Counted from the first letter of the stretch, positions 10,779 to 21,465 are shown. The stretch is 64,000 nucleotides of DNA from an uncultured cyanobacterium (GCA_963744145.1 CAVUSO010000001.1:6240001-6304000), one strand, 5' to 3'. A program made the numbers and translations. The notes: generated from the letters alone by a model not told the origin.

Positions 10779-11339
10779 ATGTCCTTGTCCCATGAACCTC
10801 CCCAACTGATTCAACACCGTTTATCTTATTCGGGTCGTAAATTTGGCTTTGATGTTAATCGATATCGTCTTCCTAATGGTGCTGAAGGTGATTGGGAATG
10901 TATCCGTCATCCTGGGGGAGCTTTAGCTGTACCAGTTACTCCCGAAGGTAAGTTAATTTTAGTTAGACAATATCGGTTTGCAGTCCAGGGACGTTTATTA
11001 GAATTTCCCGCAGGTACTTTAGAACCAGATGAAGATGCACAGACCACAATTAAGCGTGAAATTGAAGAAGAAACTGGATATCGCGCTCATACATGGCAAA
11101 AATTAGGAGAATTTTTCCTTGCTCCTGGTTATTCCGATGAAATTATTTATGCTTTTCTAGCTCAGAATTTGGAAAAACTAGAAATTCCTCCCCACCAAGA
11201 TGATGATGAAGATCTAGAAACAGTTTTACTTACTCCTGCTGAACTAGAACAAGCTATTTTTCAAGGAGAGCCGATTGATGCTAAATCAATTACAAGTTTT
11301 TTCTTAGCCCGTCCATTTTTAGGTAAAATCATTAAATGA
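10779..11339 (+). CDS. NUDIX hydrolase (ADP-ribose pyrophosphatase-like)
   Basis: EFPAGTLEPDEDAQTTIKREIEEETGY Nudix box; LVRQYR. Confidence 0.92.
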   Translation: MSLSHEPPQLIQHRLSYSGRKFGFDVNRYRLPNGAEGDWECIRHPGGALAVPVTPEGKLILVRQYRFAVQGRLLEFPAGTLEPDEDAQTTIKREIEEETGYRAHTWQKLGEFFLAPGYSDEIIYAFLAQNLEKLEIPPHQDDDEDLETVLLTPAELEQAIFQGEPIDAKSITSFFLARPFLGKIIK

Positions 11340-11410
11340 GTATTTATACTTAATCTGTTGCTGATTCTTTTTGGTATGCTGACAGAAAGACTAAGTTTCC
11401 TTGTAAAACG

Positions 11411-13798
11411 ATGACCAGTAACCCAGGACTAACTACTGTTGTTAGAAGCAATCCGTACTTAGAGCTAAATAATCAGGGACAGGTTTTCCATGTAGAGTTA
11501 ACCAGAAGTGAACATAGATTAGGACGCGATCGGGATTTTGCTGATTTAGTTGTTCCCCCTGATTGGCAAATTGTTTCTCGTCGTTGTCATGCGATTTTGC
11601 GTCAAGCAAATTCTGATTATTGGATCTATGATGGAGATGGTTATCAACCGAGTAGTAATGGTTTATTTCACGATCATGTTCGGATTACCCCGACAGAAGG
11701 TTTTTATCTGAAAAACGGTACTCAACTGTGGATTGGTCAAAATCCTTATGATAAAATACTGCTCACTTATTTTAACCCTTTAAGTAACTCTATTCTAATT
11801 CCACCAACTCAGAAATCTATTTCTTTAAAAAATCGCTCCGTTTTACTAGGTCGTGATCCGGGTGCAACTCTTCATTTAGATTCTCCGATTGTTTCTCGTC
11901 GTCATGCAACTATTGAACCTCATGCTAAAAGGGGATATATTCTGCAAGACTTTAGTGCTAATGGAGTATTTGTCAATGGACAGCGAGTTCAAGATTCGAT
12001 CCAACTGATTAAGGATGCGACAATTCGGATTGGTCCGTTTACTTTACTATTCCATCAAGATGAATTAAAGGTTCAAGATCAAGGTAATCAAATTCGCTTA
12101 GATGCTGATGATCTGAACATTAAGAAACGTCTTGATCATATTACTTTAGCAATTGAACCAGGTCAATTTGTCGCTTTAGTTGGTGGTAGTGGTGCGGGTA
12201 AATCCACTTTAATGAAAACTCTATTAGGGATTGAAAAAACTCATAGCGGTGTAGTTTATTTGAATGGTGATGATTTACGGAAAAATTTTAATATTTATCG
12301 CACTCAAATTGGTTATGTACCTCAAGATGATATTATTCACCAAGATTTAACTGTCACCGAAGTTTTAAGATATGCAGCTAAGTTACGATTACCACCAGAT
12401 ATTGAAATTGAACAAGTAGTTCAAAAGACTTTAGATGATATTGGAATGCTCCATAAACGCAATGCTTTAGTCAAGAATTTAAGTGGTGGTCAGCGCAAAC
12501 GGGTTAGTATTGGGGTAGAATTAATTGCTGATCCAAAATTATTTTTCCTTGATGAACCGACTTCAGGATTAGATCCTGGTCGCGATTACATGATGATGCA
12601 ACTGATGCGAAAGTTAGCAAATGAAGGTCGTACTGTGATTTTAGTTACTCACGCAACAGCAAATATTAAAATGTGCGATCGCATTGTTTTTTTAGGTAGA
12701 GGTGGTCGTCTTTGTTATTTTGGTCCTCCCCAAGAAGCGCTAGATTTTTTTGAGCTAAAAGATCAAAATTTTGCTGATATTTATATCAAACTAGAACCAG
12801 AAGAAGAGGAAAAAACTGAAGCGATCGTTTTAAACTCTGCTTATAAATTTAGTAAATCTTCCTATTATCAAACCTATATTGAAAATCACCTGAGTCGTCC
12901 CGGGACAATTGCCCAATCAGTAGCTGTTTCCGCTCAACAGGTTAATCCTTCCTTTTTTCAACAATTATTAATTCTGTGTCAGCGTTATGCTCAGTTAATT
13001 TGGCGCGATCGCACTAATTTAGTTCTTTCCCTATTAACAGCACCGATCGGGATTAGTTTAATTACCTTAGCAATTAAAGAGAATCCTTTAATTCCTAGTG
13101 ATCCTTTAGACGCAAAAACAGCACCTTTAGCTCTTCGCGTCTTATTTGTTTTTACCAGTGCTGCTTTATGGGTGGGGTTATCGACTGCTGTCCAAGAAAT
13201 TGTAAAAGAAGCACCGATTTATATCCGGGAAAGATTAGTAAATTTAGGTTTATTTGCTTATTTAGGTTCTAAAGTCTTAATTTTAGGAGGATTAGCGATT
13301 TTCCAAACCTTATTAATGAGTTTGGTAATTATCCTCTGTTTTAAATCTCCATCTCCAGAATTAATTTCCTGGTCTTTAGGTGTAACTATTACGACATTTT
13401 TGACTCTTTTAACCAGTCTTTGTTTAGGATTGATGGTATCTGCGATCGCTAAAAATGGTTCTCAAGCTAATAGTACCTTACCTTTATTATTATTGCCTCA
13501 GATTATCTTTTCTGGAGTATTATTTAAAATGGAAGGATTAGCTAGTAAGGTATCTTGGTTAATGTTAAGTCGCTGGTCTGTTGGTGCTTATGCTTCTTTA
13601 GTCAATGTCAACGCAATGAATCCTAAAGATCCGATTAAGTTACCAGATGGTACAACTATTGATTTTCCCTTTCAACCTACAGGTGCTTACGATCCAACCT
13701 GGGATAATCTTAATCTCAATTGGGGAATGCTGGGTTTGCATTCATTAATTTATTTAACTATTACATGGTTGTTGCAAAAACGCAAAGATATCCTTTAA
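11411..13798 (+). CDS. Tandem FHA domain ABC transporter ATP-binding/permease fusion (Rv1747-like)
   Basis: Two FHA motifs (GRD...VSRxH...SxNG), Walker A GGSGAGKST, LSGGQRKR, FFLDEPTSGLD, C-terminal ABC2-type membrane domain. Confidence 0.92.
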   Translation: MTSNPGLTTVVRSNPYLELNNQGQVFHVELTRSEHRLGRDRDFADLVVPPDWQIVSRRCHAILRQANSDYWIYDGDGYQPSSNGLFHDHVRITPTEGFYLKNGTQLWIGQNPYDKILLTYFNPLSNSILIPPTQKSISLKNRSVLLGRDPGATLHLDSPIVSRRHATIEPHAKRGYILQDFSANGVFVNGQRVQDSIQLIKDATIRIGPFTLLFHQDELKVQDQGNQIRLDADDLNIKKRLDHITLAIEPGQFVALVGGSGAGKSTLMKTLLGIEKTHSGVVYLNGDDLRKNFNIYRTQIGYVPQDDIIHQDLTVTEVLRYAAKLRLPPDIEIEQVVQKTLDDIGMLHKRNALVKNLSGGQRKRVSIGVELIADPKLFFLDEPTSGLDPGRDYMMMQLMRKLANEGRTVILVTHATANIKMCDRIVFLGRGGRLCYFGPPQEALDFFELKDQNFADIYIKLEPEEEEKTEAIVLNSAYKFSKSSYYQTYIENHLSRPGTIAQSVAVSAQQVNPSFFQQLLILCQRYAQLIWRDRTNLVLSLLTAPIGISLITLAIKENPLIPSDPLDAKTAPLALRVLFVFTSAALWVGLSTAVQEIVKEAPIYIRERLVNLGLFAYLGSKVLILGGLAIFQTLLMSLVIILCFKSPSPELISWSLGVTITTFLTLLTSLCLGLMVSAIAKNGSQANSTLPLLLLPQIIFSGVLFKMEGLASKVSWLMLSRWSVGAYASLVNVNAMNPKDPIKLPDGTTIDFPFQPTGAYDPTWDNLNLNWGMLGLHSLIYLTITWLLQKRKDIL

Positions 13799-13815
13799 GA
13801 CTGATTAACTGGAAA

Positions 13816-15489
13816 TTAGGATTGTTTGACACAATTACCAGTAATTCGATTTCCAGCAACCCAACCAATAGATTTAGATTTCTGAATTTTATATCCATAC
13901 CAACCGTCTTTTTCTTGGATCACATTAATTTTAGTACCATTTTTGAGGGTTGTCACAATTGATGAATTAGCATCAGGTTCAGATCGGACATTTAAAGGTG
14001 GATTGGGATCAGTAACTTTAGCTTGACAACCTTGAAAAGTAGCAACTGGTGAACTTGTAGCTATTGGTGTTTGGGGTGAAGGTGGTACTGATGGACTGAC
14101 TGAAGGAGTAGGAAATATAATCGGAGGAGTATTGATCGGGGTGTTTACTACTTGAGGGGATGGGGTTGATCCATTATGATCAGGAGCAGGTGTGATAACA
14201 GAGGGAGAATCCGTTGGTGGTTTCGTGACAGGAGAAACAGTCGGACTAGGAGACTTTTCGCTGACGATATTAGGTGATAAGGTAATATTAATTGTCGGAA
14301 CAGATTGAGGGTGGGAATTCTTTTTGACTGTTGATTTTTTTGGAGATGGAGAAGTTGTTGTTGGTTGAGTTGGTGATGCTGAAGGTAAAGTGGTAGTAGT
14401 TGGTGATTCTAATTGAGATTGAGCAGATGGTGTAGAAGATTTGATTCCGAAAATTATACCGACAATCATTGCACCGATAACTCCCGTTGCGATTAAACCT
14501 CCGATGAGAATTGCTTCTTGAGAATTACTTGGACTTACCGATCGCTGGGGAATATGATTAGGTCGAGGGTAAGTTACTTTCCGAGATGATATTCCTGAAG
14601 TATAGGGAATTGTCTGATTAGATGCTAATCCAGATGTCAATTCAGGTAAAGGGGGAACTGAGGGGTAAATAATTGGGGATAATGCGTTTAACATTGCTTG
14701 AGCAGTAGGAAAGCGATCGCGAGGATGGGATTTAATTGCTTGATCTAGTACCATTGCGAAAGCTGGACTCACTGATGGTGCATAATGTCTCCACAGAATT
14801 TCTGCACTTCCTGGATCTATATCTAACTTTTGCGGCATCTTACCAGTTAACATATAGATCGCAGTTAAACCTAAACTATATAAATCGCTAGCATATACTG
14901 GTCTTCCATTAGCTTGTTCAGCGGGCATAAAACCAGGTGTACCAATCATAATGGTATTACTTTTACCATCGGGAGATGGTAGTACCCCCATGGTTTCTTT
15001 CACAGCACCAAAATCAATTAGAACTGGTTTTCCATCCCGTTGTCTAAGGATAATATTATCCGGTTTGATATCGCGATGAATAATATGTTTACTGTGAATG
15101 TAATCGAGCAGTGTTAATAAACTGACTAAAATATCCAAGACTACATTTTCTGGGAGAATTCCTTGATCTCTCACTTTATGGGTGAGAGTTATACCTTCAA
15201 CCCATTCTTGGACTAAATAAAATTGTCCATTTTCAGAAAAATAAGCATAAAGACGGGGAATTTGATCATTATGTTCACCTAGTTCTTCTAAAACTGCTGC
15301 TTCCCGTGGGAACCGCTCTTGAGCAATATCGGTCATTTGGGAAGTATTGACGATCGGTTTTAGTTGTTTAATCACACAACGGCGATTAGAGGGCATTTGA
15401 GTATCTTCGGCGAGAAAGGTTTCTCCAAATCCACCACGAGCTAAGGATTGCAAAATTTGATAACGGTTGTTTAAGAGTAATTGGGTCAT
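13816..15489 (-). CDS. Ser/Thr protein kinase with TM helix, Pro/Ser/Thr-rich linker and C-terminal SH3b-like domain
   Basis: HRDIKPDN, DFG, GTPGFMPAEQ; hydrophobic segment; LNVRSEP...GWVAG. Confidence 0.92.
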   Translation of the reverse strand: MTQLLLNNRYQILQSLARGGFGETFLAEDTQMPSNRRCVIKQLKPIVNTSQMTDIAQERFPREAAVLEELGEHNDQIPRLYAYFSENGQFYLVQEWVEGITLTHKVRDQGILPENVVLDILVSLLTLLDYIHSKHIIHRDIKPDNIILRQRDGKPVLIDFGAVKETMGVLPSPDGKSNTIMIGTPGFMPAEQANGRPVYASDLYSLGLTAIYMLTGKMPQKLDIDPGSAEILWRHYAPSVSPAFAMVLDQAIKSHPRDRFPTAQAMLNALSPIIYPSVPPLPELTSGLASNQTIPYTSGISSRKVTYPRPNHIPQRSVSPSNSQEAILIGGLIATGVIGAMIVGIIFGIKSSTPSAQSQLESPTTTTLPSASPTQPTTTSPSPKKSTVKKNSHPQSVPTINITLSPNIVSEKSPSPTVSPVTKPPTDSPSVITPAPDHNGSTPSPQVVNTPINTPPIIFPTPSVSPSVPPSPQTPIATSSPVATFQGCQAKVTDPNPPLNVRSEPDANSSIVTTLKNGTKINVIQEKDGWYGYKIQKSKSIGWVAGNRITGNCVKQS

Positions 15490-15732
15490 TTTAGTGAGAG
15501 ATTTAATTGATTAGAACTTATTATATTTTATTTTAATCAGGAACATGGATAGATTAAATGTATTTCTCAATTTCTTCATTGGTCATACTGATCCCATTTT
15601 GCCAAATTTCATATTCACTAATACCAACATGATAAATTTGCCATTTTGGTCAATCGTTCCACCTCCGCTTATTTCTCCTTGCTACAATTAGAAATGATTA
15701 GTAATCTAAAGATAAGCTAAGAGAGAAAGCTG

Positions 15733-16407
15733 ATGATATCTGCTAATGCCATTTCTGGGAAATTAACAATTCCGACCTTAGAAAACGGCGATCGGCTCAC
15801 CCGAGTTGAATTTGAGCGTCGTTATCAAGCTATGCCCGATCTCAAAAAAGCCGAATTAATTGAAGGTATTGTCTATATGGCATCCCCCTTGCGAATCAAA
15901 AATCATGGAAATCCTCATGCTCGCATTATTACTTGGTTAGGAAACTATTGGTCAGTGACACCAGGAATTGAATTGGGGGATAATGCTACAGTACGTCTTG
16001 ATCTTGATAACGAACCTCAACCAGATGCACTACTGAGAATTGAAGTTGGTGGACAATCAACCATTAGTCAGGATGGCTATGTAGAAGGTGCCCCGGAATT
16101 GATCGCTGAAATTGCCGCTAGTACAGTTTCTATTGATTTACATAAAAAATTAACAGTTTACCGTCGCCATCAAGTCCAAGAATATTTAATTTGGCGAGTT
16201 GATGATCAAGAATTCGATTGGTTTCGGCTAAATAATGGGGAATATATTCAACTCGAACCGAACTCGGAAGGTGTTATTTGCTCTCAAATCTTTCCCGGTT
16301 TATGGTTAGATAAAGCGGCTTTATTAAGAGGTGATTTGGCGAAAGTCTTAACGGTTTTACACCGGGGTTTGGTAACTAAAGAACATCAAGAATTTGTCGA
16401 GAAATAG
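15733..16407 (+). CDS. Uma2 family (DUF820) endonuclease-fold protein
   Basis: LENGDRLTRVEFERRY, NEPQPD, GAPELIAEIAAS. Confidence 0.9.
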   Translation: MISANAISGKLTIPTLENGDRLTRVEFERRYQAMPDLKKAELIEGIVYMASPLRIKNHGNPHARIITWLGNYWSVTPGIELGDNATVRLDLDNEPQPDALLRIEVGGQSTISQDGYVEGAPELIAEIAASTVSIDLHKKLTVYRRHQVQEYLIWRVDDQEFDWFRLNNGEYIQLEPNSEGVICSQIFPGLWLDKAALLRGDLAKVLTVLHRGLVTKEHQEFVEK

Positions 16408-16490
16408 TCAGGTGTTCGCTCCTAATTTAGATTCAGAATTTGAAAGACGATTGCATTTTATTTGTCGAAATTTCCCCATAAGGAGCAAAT

Positions 16491-16634
16491 ATGATGGGAG
16501 CAGTTATGACTAACGTAAAACTAACAAATGCGGTAGATAAAGCATTAGTAAGTCGGGGGTTACTCGCACCCAAGTTGTTACGCGAGTGTGAAGCAGAAGC
16601 TTTAGTCGATCCGGGCGATAATTTGACCTTATGA
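16491..16634 (+). pseudogene. Truncated N-terminus of a clan AA aspartyl-protease-like gene
   Basis: AAGGAG RBS; MMGAVMTNVKLTNAVDKALVSRGLL...EAEALVDPG then a stop overlapping the brxA ATG. Confidence 0.4.
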
Positions 16635-17230
16635 CTTCTACTTCTTACATAGCTCGCACAAATAATGCCTTTATCCTCACCGAAACAGTGCAAGTGGCGC
16701 AACTAATGCACCAAGGAGCTACCCTTGATGAAATTCGCCGACAAGTCATAGTAGAAGACTTATTTCAATTGCGATCGCTAACTTCCCGTCGTCGGGTATT
16801 GAACACAGTCCTACAACGGTTGCAAAAAGTAGATTCTAGTTACATTAAATTGCTAGCCATCAGCAATATTGATATCCGTCGCTTGACCAACTTGTTGTTA
16901 ATTTTGCGATCGGATCGTCTCCTCAGATAACTAATTGATGAAGTATTGTTAGATAAGCTTAAGTGCTTTGTTTTTACAGTTAATTTAGCTGACTTAAGAA
17001 GCTTCTTCGAGATGAAACGCGAACAAAGCCCAACAGTAGCAAAGTGGTCGAATTCAACCTATCAAAAAACTGCAAGTAATACAGTATTAATACTGGTAAA
17101 TGTCCATTTACTTCACCCCATCAAACCTCGTGGGAATTATGAAATTCGACCTGTTCCTATTCCAGAGGCGCTACGTCAACAACTCTTACTTGATGGAGCA
17201 GAACTTTACCTACGTTTGATGCTCAACTAA
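16631..17230 (+). pseudogene. brxA: BREX BrxA (DUF1819), in-frame stop at 16928-16930
   Basis: ORFs 16631-16930 and 16946-17230 share a frame; EDLFQLRSLTS, FFEMKREQSPTVAKWSNSTYQK resemble BrxA. Confidence 0.75.
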
Positions 17231-17500
17231 CCCCTAGTGCTTTGAATGTTGCATCGACAGGATCGGTGTAGAAAGAGGTTTGGAACTTGACAAACAGTTC
17301 AGGAGGTACGGTAGTGTTTTACGGACACCCTGTACATCTCGCTGCTTCAGGTTATTTCCCAGACGAAAATAGCGATCGATCGCATCGCCAAAGCTACGTT
17401 TCCGCATTTCCCGCAGCCATTCAGCTAGATAATCCACAATAAAACCATATTGTTTAGTAAAGTTTTGCGGACTAAATTTAGAAATTTCCCAACCAGGAAT
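17223..17500 (-). pseudogene. brxL: BREX BrxL (Lon-like) fragments: middle segment joined to the extreme C-terminus
   Basis: IPGWEISKFSPQNFTKQYGFIVDYLAEWLREMRKRSFGDAIDRYFRLGNNLKQRDV, then in another frame TVPPELFVKFQTSFYTDPVDATFKALGVS*. Confidence 0.8.
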
Positions 17501-17502
17501 AT

Positions 17503-17850
17503 CGCATAAGCTCGTTGTCCAGGGTTAATAAATTGGGCTTTTAAACTATTGGGAAGTGACCCCTGTAACGACTTTTCAAAATGAGTGATCAGAAGTTGCA
17601 CGAATAACTTCTGCAAGCTGGGGGTAGAGTCAGCAAAACCTGTATGTTCCTGTACTATTTGCCAGAAATCTTGGGGATTAACAAAACTTTCAATATTTTT
17701 CCAAAGTAGATTATCTGATTCTAATAAACCCTTTAGCAAAACTTGCCGAATCATTGCACCTGCATCGGGTACTTTTAACCCACTTAGAACTGATAACATT
17801 GCCAAAATTAACCCCCGTTCGTCGGTATCTGAGGGTAAAGCCAATTTCTC
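17503..17850 (-). pseudogene. pglZ: BREX PglZ internal fragment
   Basis: LILAMLSVL...FWQIVQEHTGFADSTPSLQKLFVQLLITHF resembles the N-terminal half of BREX-1 PglZ; position directly before brxL fits. Confidence 0.55.
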
Positions 17851-18562
17851 CCCGATCGCCATCAAACCACAGGTCTGTAGCATGGGGAATACAGTTTAAA
17901 ATTGCCAATTTGACGACTTGATACCCCGCTCGCATTATTCCTTGATGGTTGATGGCTTCGATCGCTTCTTTTTGAAACCAAGTTTGTAAATCAGCCAGAC
18001 GAATCCGTTCATCTAAACAATCATAAAAAGCTTCCCAACGACGGGAAGGATTGATGGTTTGTTTGGCTTTTTGTTCGCGCTGGTTAGATGGTAACCAAGC
18101 CCGACCTGCGCCATAGTAAGCTATTACTGGAAACCAAATTTTTGACCCATTCCGATCTGCTTCAAACAAATTACTGATAATATCTAAAGCTGTTTTTGCC
18201 TCCTTATTTATGGTTCTTGAACCTAGCTGAGGTATTTGTCGTAACCAATTAATATTTTGCTCATTACCAAGGCTACCTGTAACATTTATTTGCACTGGTT
18301 TACATTCAATAAATTGGATGCGATCGCCTGATTGAATAGCTTTTAAATGGATTTCTTGGGGTAAAATATTTCGCCGACTGTTGGTTAAGGTAGAATCTGG
18401 TGCGTTGACTAACCAAATTCCAGCCGCGATCGCGAGAGCATCAAGAATGGTGGTTTTCCCTGTACCATTATCACCAACTAATATGGTTAGTTGCGGATGC
18501 AGATTAAGGGTTAATTCGGAAAATTTTTTGAAATTTTTGATCCTAATTTGGTCAATTTGCAT
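17845..18562 (-). pseudogene. AAA/ABC-type ATPase (AAA_15/21, defence-associated), C-terminally truncated
   Basis: MQIDQIRIKNFKKF, Walker A GDNGTGKTT, PVIAYYGAGR; ends before the signature/Walker B and runs into pglZ DNA. Confidence 0.75.
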
Positions 18563-19320
18563 CTGATTATTTTTAATTTATATAACGTTACAGCGGATTA
18601 CCCGTTGATCAAGTACAGTCAGTTATCTCGTTTGGTTGGACGGGTTGATGATGGCGATCGATTTGGATCAGAATTAATTGGTAAACCCGCCCCTCGCCAA
18701 CCCACCTTGTCATTGCGAGCGATCGCGAAGCAATCTCCAGTAGATGACTTGACTACACTACGTGATCTTTGCTATTATATGATAATTTTTGAATAGAAGT
18801 ATTGATGCTGTAAAATCACTTCATAAAGCATATCAATATCCTGATAAAATTATTAATGAAACGATGTGGAATGAAATTGATTTAGAAAATCTATCAACAG
18901 ATACTATAGAGTTCATTTCTAAAGTTACTAATATAGTATATAATAAACTAGATAATTTTACTAGATAATAATGCTTTATTAAAAGTCAAGATGTTAATAA
19001 AGCATTACGAAATATTTTTGGAAATACTATTGATGCTGATTTTAATACTGTAAGAGAGGGGTTATTCTCATATACAGCCTATTCCAGGTTTATGAAGTAT
19101 AGCAGTGTTGTCTGTAAGATCAGATGGGTTATGTCTCGACTACGCCTTGTGTTGAGCGTAGTCGAAACATCGACACAAGAGTTCATTAAGGTGATCTGTG
19201 GGGCAGGGCGGGTTTATCAATACCTCGACTTCGCTCGGCACAAGGGTTATTTGTGTGTGGCAAATTCATCGGTGAACCCGCCCCCACCCACAGATCAATC
19301 CTATCAATGTATCTTCATCA

Positions 19321-19447
19321 TCAATTGGTATTATCATCTTTAAAAGTATTGAATAGGCGAAGTTCTTGACCATCGTAGGAACCAGGGAAAAACATCACCA
19401 ATGGTATGGCGCTCGAGAACTGGGTGTAAATTATTGAGGATAGTATG
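19321..19447 (-). pseudogene. brxB: BREX BrxB C-terminal fragment
   Basis: HTILNNLHPVLE, then (frameshift) IPLVMFFPGSYDGQELRLFNTFKDDN. Confidence 0.75.
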
Positions 19448-19455
19448 CTATCCGC

Positions 19456-21039
19456 TAAGTAGTCGGACAAAAGTAATAGGTACTGTATTAACTTTTGTAA
19501 AACGTATGGGTCAAGCAATAAGCTGGACAAAGTCATCGAAAAATTAGTCCAATCTGGGGAAGATTGGCCAAAGAAGTGGCTGGACAATGGGAGCAAAAAA
19601 TTAGACTTATTTTGGTAATTAAGGGGATAAGTGAGGTCGATTTTAGCTTCAAAAAAAACACCCTGATTGTGAAATAATTATAGAGCTAACTTAAAAGTTT
19701 GAAGAAAATGTCATCTCCTCCTTTGAGAATATTTTTAACATCTGCGGAAAATCAAACCTTATGGGAATTAAATAGAGCCGAGGGAGTTCCACTAAGAACA
19801 AGAGATCGGGCTGCGACCTTGAGATTATCATCAATGGGATGGAAAGTGGAACAGATCGGCAAGTATCTGAACTGGTCAATTAAGACAGTGAGAGCCACAA
19901 TACATCGTTGGGAAAAACAGGGATTAGCAGGATTATGGGATGCGCCTCGTCCGGGCAGGAAAAGAAAATGGAGTCAGGCAGATTTGGCAGAAATTGAAAA
20001 AAAACTAGAGACAGAGGAACGAGCTTATAATAGTCGTCAGTTAGTGAAATATCTAGCCCAGGAAAGGCAAGTAAAACTGAGCCAAAGACAGTTGCGTCGA
20101 ATCCTCAAAAAAAACTATCGGTGGAAAAGAACGAGAACATCTCTAAAAGGAAAGCAAGACCAGGAAAAAAGAGCAACTAAAAGAAATGATTTAGAGATGT
20201 TGGAATTCGCGGCAGCCGCGGGTGAAATATGTTTAAAATATTTGGATGAATCAGGATTTAGCCTGTGGGCTGAACCTGTATATACCTGGGGGAAAATCGG
20301 CCAACAGAAACAGATCAAACAGCCTAAAAAGAAAGGGAAAAGATTAAATATATGTGGATTTTTGGCCGTGGGAGAAAGCTTTGAATATGGATTAAGTTTT
20401 AAGAGTTTTGACAGTAAGAATTATATCAAATTAATGGATTGGCAAGCCGCGCAAGCGGAAACTAGATTGAAAGAAACGGGCAAAATAACTGTAATTGTCC
20501 AAGACCAATATTCCGTTCACGTAAGTAAATTGACGAAGAGCAACTATGATCAATGGGAAAAACAAGGATTATATATATTCCTATTATCCAGTTACTCTCC
20601 CGAATTAAATCTGATTGAAACGGAGTGGGAAAGAATCAAAGAAGATGAATTAGCTGGTCAAATGTTTGAGAATGAATATGAATTAACCATCGCGGTAAGA
20701 GCAGCAATCGAAGCTCGTCAAACTAGTAAGGGCTTAGAAGTAAAAAGATTTAGATTTGGTGGTCAGCCTAGCCAGGATGAACAAAAATCCTAATCGGGTT
20801 TATTCTAGTTCTAGTCAACCGGAAAAATTCCATTAATTGTTTAATGAGAGGCTGAGGCAAAACTGACCATATTTATAGTTAATAGAAAATCTGGAAATGC
20901 AGTTTTCTTACTCTCTAGTGAAACCTATTCAGTTGGACGGAGGGAATACTTTTATATGCTTTTCTCTGGTAAATTTGTGGGTCAAATTTACTCTTAAATA
21001 AAGTTAACATAGTTAACTTTATTTATGTCCGACTACTTA
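19456..21039 (+). mobile_element. IS630-family insertion sequence
   Basis: Inverted ends TA-AGTAGTCGGACA (19456) and TGTCCGACTACT-TA (21039) with duplicated TA. Confidence 0.9.
19699..20793 (+). CDS. IS630-family transposase
   Basis: HTH GLWDAPRPGRK; DDE LDESGF / VQDQYSVH / YSPELNLIE. Confidence 0.92.
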   Translation: MKKMSSPPLRIFLTSAENQTLWELNRAEGVPLRTRDRAATLRLSSMGWKVEQIGKYLNWSIKTVRATIHRWEKQGLAGLWDAPRPGRKRKWSQADLAEIEKKLETEERAYNSRQLVKYLAQERQVKLSQRQLRRILKKNYRWKRTRTSLKGKQDQEKRATKRNDLEMLEFAAAAGEICLKYLDESGFSLWAEPVYTWGKIGQQKQIKQPKKKGKRLNICGFLAVGESFEYGLSFKSFDSKNYIKLMDWQAAQAETRLKETGKITVIVQDQYSVHVSKLTKSNYDQWEKQGLYIFLLSSYSPELNLIETEWERIKEDELAGQMFENEYELTIAVRAAIEARQTSKGLEVKRFRFGGQPSQDEQKS

Positions 21040-21057
21040 AACACGCCTTCATATCTG

Positions 21058-21290
21058 GACAACCAGTACATAAAGTGTAGAGATGGCCAGTCTCAGTAGG
21101 GGCGTATTGCATACGCCCGCGTATAGCAATACGCCCCTGCTACGTTACTTGGGTCATGGCACCTATGAGTGCTTTCCAGCTTGTAGCTCTGCCGTTCAGT
21201 TTTAAACATTCCTATTTAGCTCAAGAAAGTGAACTGAACTTGACAAGCCTAAGTAACATTGACGAGGAAACAATTACCTGAGTAATCAGA
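21058..21290 (+). ncRNA. IscB-type omegaRNA/HEARO RNA scaffold with no iscB ORF; REP inserted at 21096-21140
   Basis: CCAGTCT...CTACGTTACTTGGG...CATGGCACC...TGCTTTCCAG...CTCTGCC...TTAAACA...GTG...AAGCCTAAGTAACATTGACGAGGAAA...TTACC with complementary stems; 5' end uncertain. Confidence 0.75.
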
Positions 21291-21465
21291 GTTTTAAACG
21301 CCATATCGAAGCGGGTCTGAAAAGAACAATATCGTAGCTTCTATCTGTAATGCCAGCAGATATGCCAGAGAGAATCACCACTTTTGAAGCGCAAAGGTGT
21401 TCTTTTTTTTTGATTAAGGTCGTTTAGTCCATATTTGTCCACATATTCGGCGATTAGAGGTGATC

